This document shows positions 61,285 through 64,000 of a DNA stretch of 64,000 nt, piece by piece (positions within the stretch are counted from its first letter, which is position 1; each line of letters opens with the position of its first letter). Made by a program: the position numbers and the translations under genes. This stretch comes from Puccinia triticina (taxonomy: Eukaryota). The notes below the pieces were generated by a model, which was given only the letters and a program-made list of their open reading frames with translations, had not been told where the DNA came from and did no database searches. Location of the stretch: the NCBI GenBank assembly GCA_026914245.1, contig CP110439.1, forward strand, positions 3,410,001-3,474,000. The letters run 5' to 3'.

Positions 61285-62710
61285 CGGACTTACTTCGCGC
61301 ACTGCTAAAAACTCTTTGCGCACTGTGGGGGTCGTCGTCTTGATGTCCCGCCCCCAGTGCGCGCTTCCGCCACAGCTCTTTGCGCACTGTGCATTCCCCC
61401 AAAAAAACGGCTTACTTTTCTGGAGATATTTTTCAATGAGTCAATAGAACAACCTTTTATGACCCCCTCAAAAAATAATCAAGTCATTCGGTGGTCTCCT
61501 TGAGCCTAGAGAAAATTGAGATGAAATAATCATATTTTAATGCGGCAGGGACCTGTAATATCGCTTCCTGTGACCCAGTAGCCCCAAAAATTTCACAGTG
61601 TCATGTTAAATGTGCAAATTCATTATCTGATAATTTTCAGAATTTTTCCCAGAGATGTAAGGGGTGCGCGGCAGGCTTAGTAGGAAAATTACTGCTAACT
61701 GTATAGCTTTTTTGTTACACACCCAAACAGTCCCAAAATTTCAGAAATGTTCTCATTGTGGATACTCCCCGCGCCATAAATTTCTTGGCAATATCGTGTC
61801 ATGATAACATGAGATATAAGGGGTGCATGGCGGGCTTAGTAGGAAAATGGCTGCTACAGGTATAGATTTTTTGTTACACGCTGAAACAGTCTGAAATTTT
61901 CAGGAATGTTTCAATTTTGCATATTCTCTGCGCCATAAAGCTCTTAGCAAAAGTGTGTCATTGAAACATGAGATAAGTTAGCAGTCATTTTCCTACTCAG
62001 CCCGCCGCGCACCCCTTATATCTCATGTTATCATGACACACAATTGCCAAGAAATTTATGGCGCGGAGAATATCCACAATGAAATCATTTCTGAAATTTT
62101 GTGACTGTTTGGGTGTGTAACAAAAAAGCTATACAGTTAGCAGTAATTTTCCTACTAAGCCTGCCGCGCACCCCTTATGTCTCATGTTACCATGAAACAA
62201 TATTGCCAAGAAATTTATGGCGCGGGGAGTATCCACAATGAAAAAATTTCTGAAATTTTGGGACTGTTTGGGTGTGTAACAAAAAAGCTATACAGTTAGC
62301 AGTAATTTTCCTACTAAGCCTGCCGCGCACCCCTTATATCTCTGGGAAAAATTCTGAAAATTATCATATCATGAATTTGCACATGTACCATGACACTGTG
62401 AAATTTTTGGGGCTACTGGGGCACAGGAAGCGATATTACAGGTCCCTGCCGCATTAAAATATGATTATTTCATCTCAATTTTCTCTAGGCTCAAGGAGAC
62501 CACCAAATGACTTGATTATTTTTTGGGGGGGTCATAAAAGGTCGTTCTATTGACTCATCAAAAAATATCTCCAGAAAAGTAAGCCGTTTTTTTGGGGGAA
62601 TGCACAGTGCGCGAAGAGCCGTAGCGGAAGCGCGCACTGGGGGCGGGACGTCGAGACGACGACCCCCACAGTGCGCAAAGAGTTTTTTTGCAGTGCGCAA
62701 AGTAAGTCCG
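61285..62710. mobile_element. Foldback element of the CGG-terminus family with ~175-bp internal repeats
   Basis: CGGACTTACTT.GCGCACTGC / GCAGTGCGCAAAGTAAGTCCG; >400-bp inverted arms; flanks ATTATTTT/TTTATTTT; empty site homologue ~15750. Confidence 0.85.
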
Positions 62711-63430
62711 TTTATTTTTAACACATTAGTACAGCAAAAATGATAAGGATTGGGGAGATGAGACCAGCGCCATTTGAAAGCTGAGATTGAGAAGTGTAAT
62801 TTGACTCTGGGGCAGGTCCACAGGAGCTGAGGGGGATGCTGGGAGATGCTAAGTATTTTTCCTCCAGCCATTGGTGATTTCTTTCTCAGCCAAACACCAG
62901 GGGGGACTTGTGTCAAGTTAGCAAGGTCATAATCATAACCCTTTTCACTCTGCCAACAAACAACAATGCTCAGGCCCACTGCTGCCTTACCAGACACAAA
63001 AAATGGTGTCAAACCTTTGGAAAATCACCAAGATGCTAGTCCGGCAGTCCAAAACTCAACAAAAGCTGAAAAAACTGGTGAGTCTGAACTGAATCATGCA
63101 ATTCCGAGGTCTTGTGAGTCCTCTTGTCTGGAAGTCAAAACCGCAACAAAAACTGACCAAACCAGTTTCAACCATCCACCAAAAACTCACAACTGAAGGC
63201 TCAGAAAAACAAATATTTATGCTTTGAAGACTGTTTGAACCATCTCACCAATCCTTGTGACTTGAAGTTGGTTGGTTGAGTTTCTATGGTCCAAAAATGG
63301 TGTGGTGTATACAATTGTCTACCCACTGTACATGCATAACTGCGGCTATGCCATCCTTGTACTTAGTCTAGACTTGACACACCCAGTATTTTCTCTCTTT
63401 CCTCACCAAGATTGGACCAATTACCAAGCA

Positions 63431-64000
63431 CTAGAGGCCAAGGCGGCTTTGCCGCTGCACTCTTAGGGGTTCAGGGGAAACATTAGCCAGGTTTACTTTG
63501 CTGCATTTTATGCCCCCAACTAAAATTGATGTTGCTGGTTGTTCAAAATGGAAGCTTAAAAAGCCTTAAAATGGTTGTGAGAGCCCAATTTTCAGGAAGA
63601 ACTGGCATTAAATGCAGCTGAATTTAATTAAAATTTTGCTAGTCTATGCCCAACGTGAACTGGGCTATTTGTGAATAGGCCCCCTTTCCCCACCCTGCAA
63701 CAAAGCCCTAACCTCCATGAAAATAGGTGGTATTATCACAGTTAGAATTCATGGTTTGCAAAGTTGAGATGCTGAAAATTTATAAATTAACAAAACCCCC
63801 AGTTGGCATCAAAAAATTCTTATTTGGTCTTGTAATACTAATCAGACTTATCCAAGCATGCACATATTGGTCTCAGCCATAATCAATATTCCTGTTGGGT
63901 ACCTTACCAGCCAACATTATTACAGTATGATGGAGAGCCAAAGGGAGTAATACATTGAGAATGGATAACCCTTAGCCCTTGTTGAGTGGGACAACCCAAT
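63431..64000 (-). mobile_element. Helitron copy 4 (3' end only; continues beyond the window)
   Basis: Minus strand GCGGCAAAGCCGC hairpin followed by CTTGGCCTCTAG|T, the same layout as the other copies. Confidence 0.72.

Larger units (their letters stand above)
46531..62921. mobile_element. Second copy of the ~0.7-kb short-TIR/9-bp-TSD element, expanded to 16.4 kb by nested insertions
   Basis: Perfect TSD CAAGGTCAT at 46522-46530 and 62922-62930; termini CTAGCTTAAC / GTCAAGTTAG; pieces 46531-46609, 60888-61284 and 62711-62921 are the reverse complement of 15477-16070 plus 18480-18612. Confidence 0.85.

Overview
Eukaryotic, intron-rich fungal DNA. The gene structure, TE spectrum and TpCpG decay suggest a rust fungus (Pucciniales), which is an inference. 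Only three conserved host genes are present, all on the + strand: RAD1/XPF endonuclease (1097-5403), RPB4 (18836-19643) and MDM34 (34511-36671). The rest is a deeply nested transposon landscape whose boundaries can be resolved from TIRs, TSDs and empty-site homologues inside the window. It contains four members of one non-autonomous Helitron family, a decayed two-gene PIF/Harbinger, a Mutator-like element encoding a GCM-DDE protein with a USP-like peptidase tail, a two-gene DD34E Tc1-like element, a near-intact Ty1/Copia, two solo LTRs and many MITEs. The most unusual signals are: (i) the Copia primer-binding site matches the anticodon arm of spliced tRNA-Tyr rather than a tRNA 3' end; (ii) the MULE transposase appears fused to a deubiquitinase-like domain; (iii) the Tc1-like element carries a second, convergent spliced gene; (iv) a four-level insertion stack at 46531-62921. 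All calls were made by eye, with no database searches.
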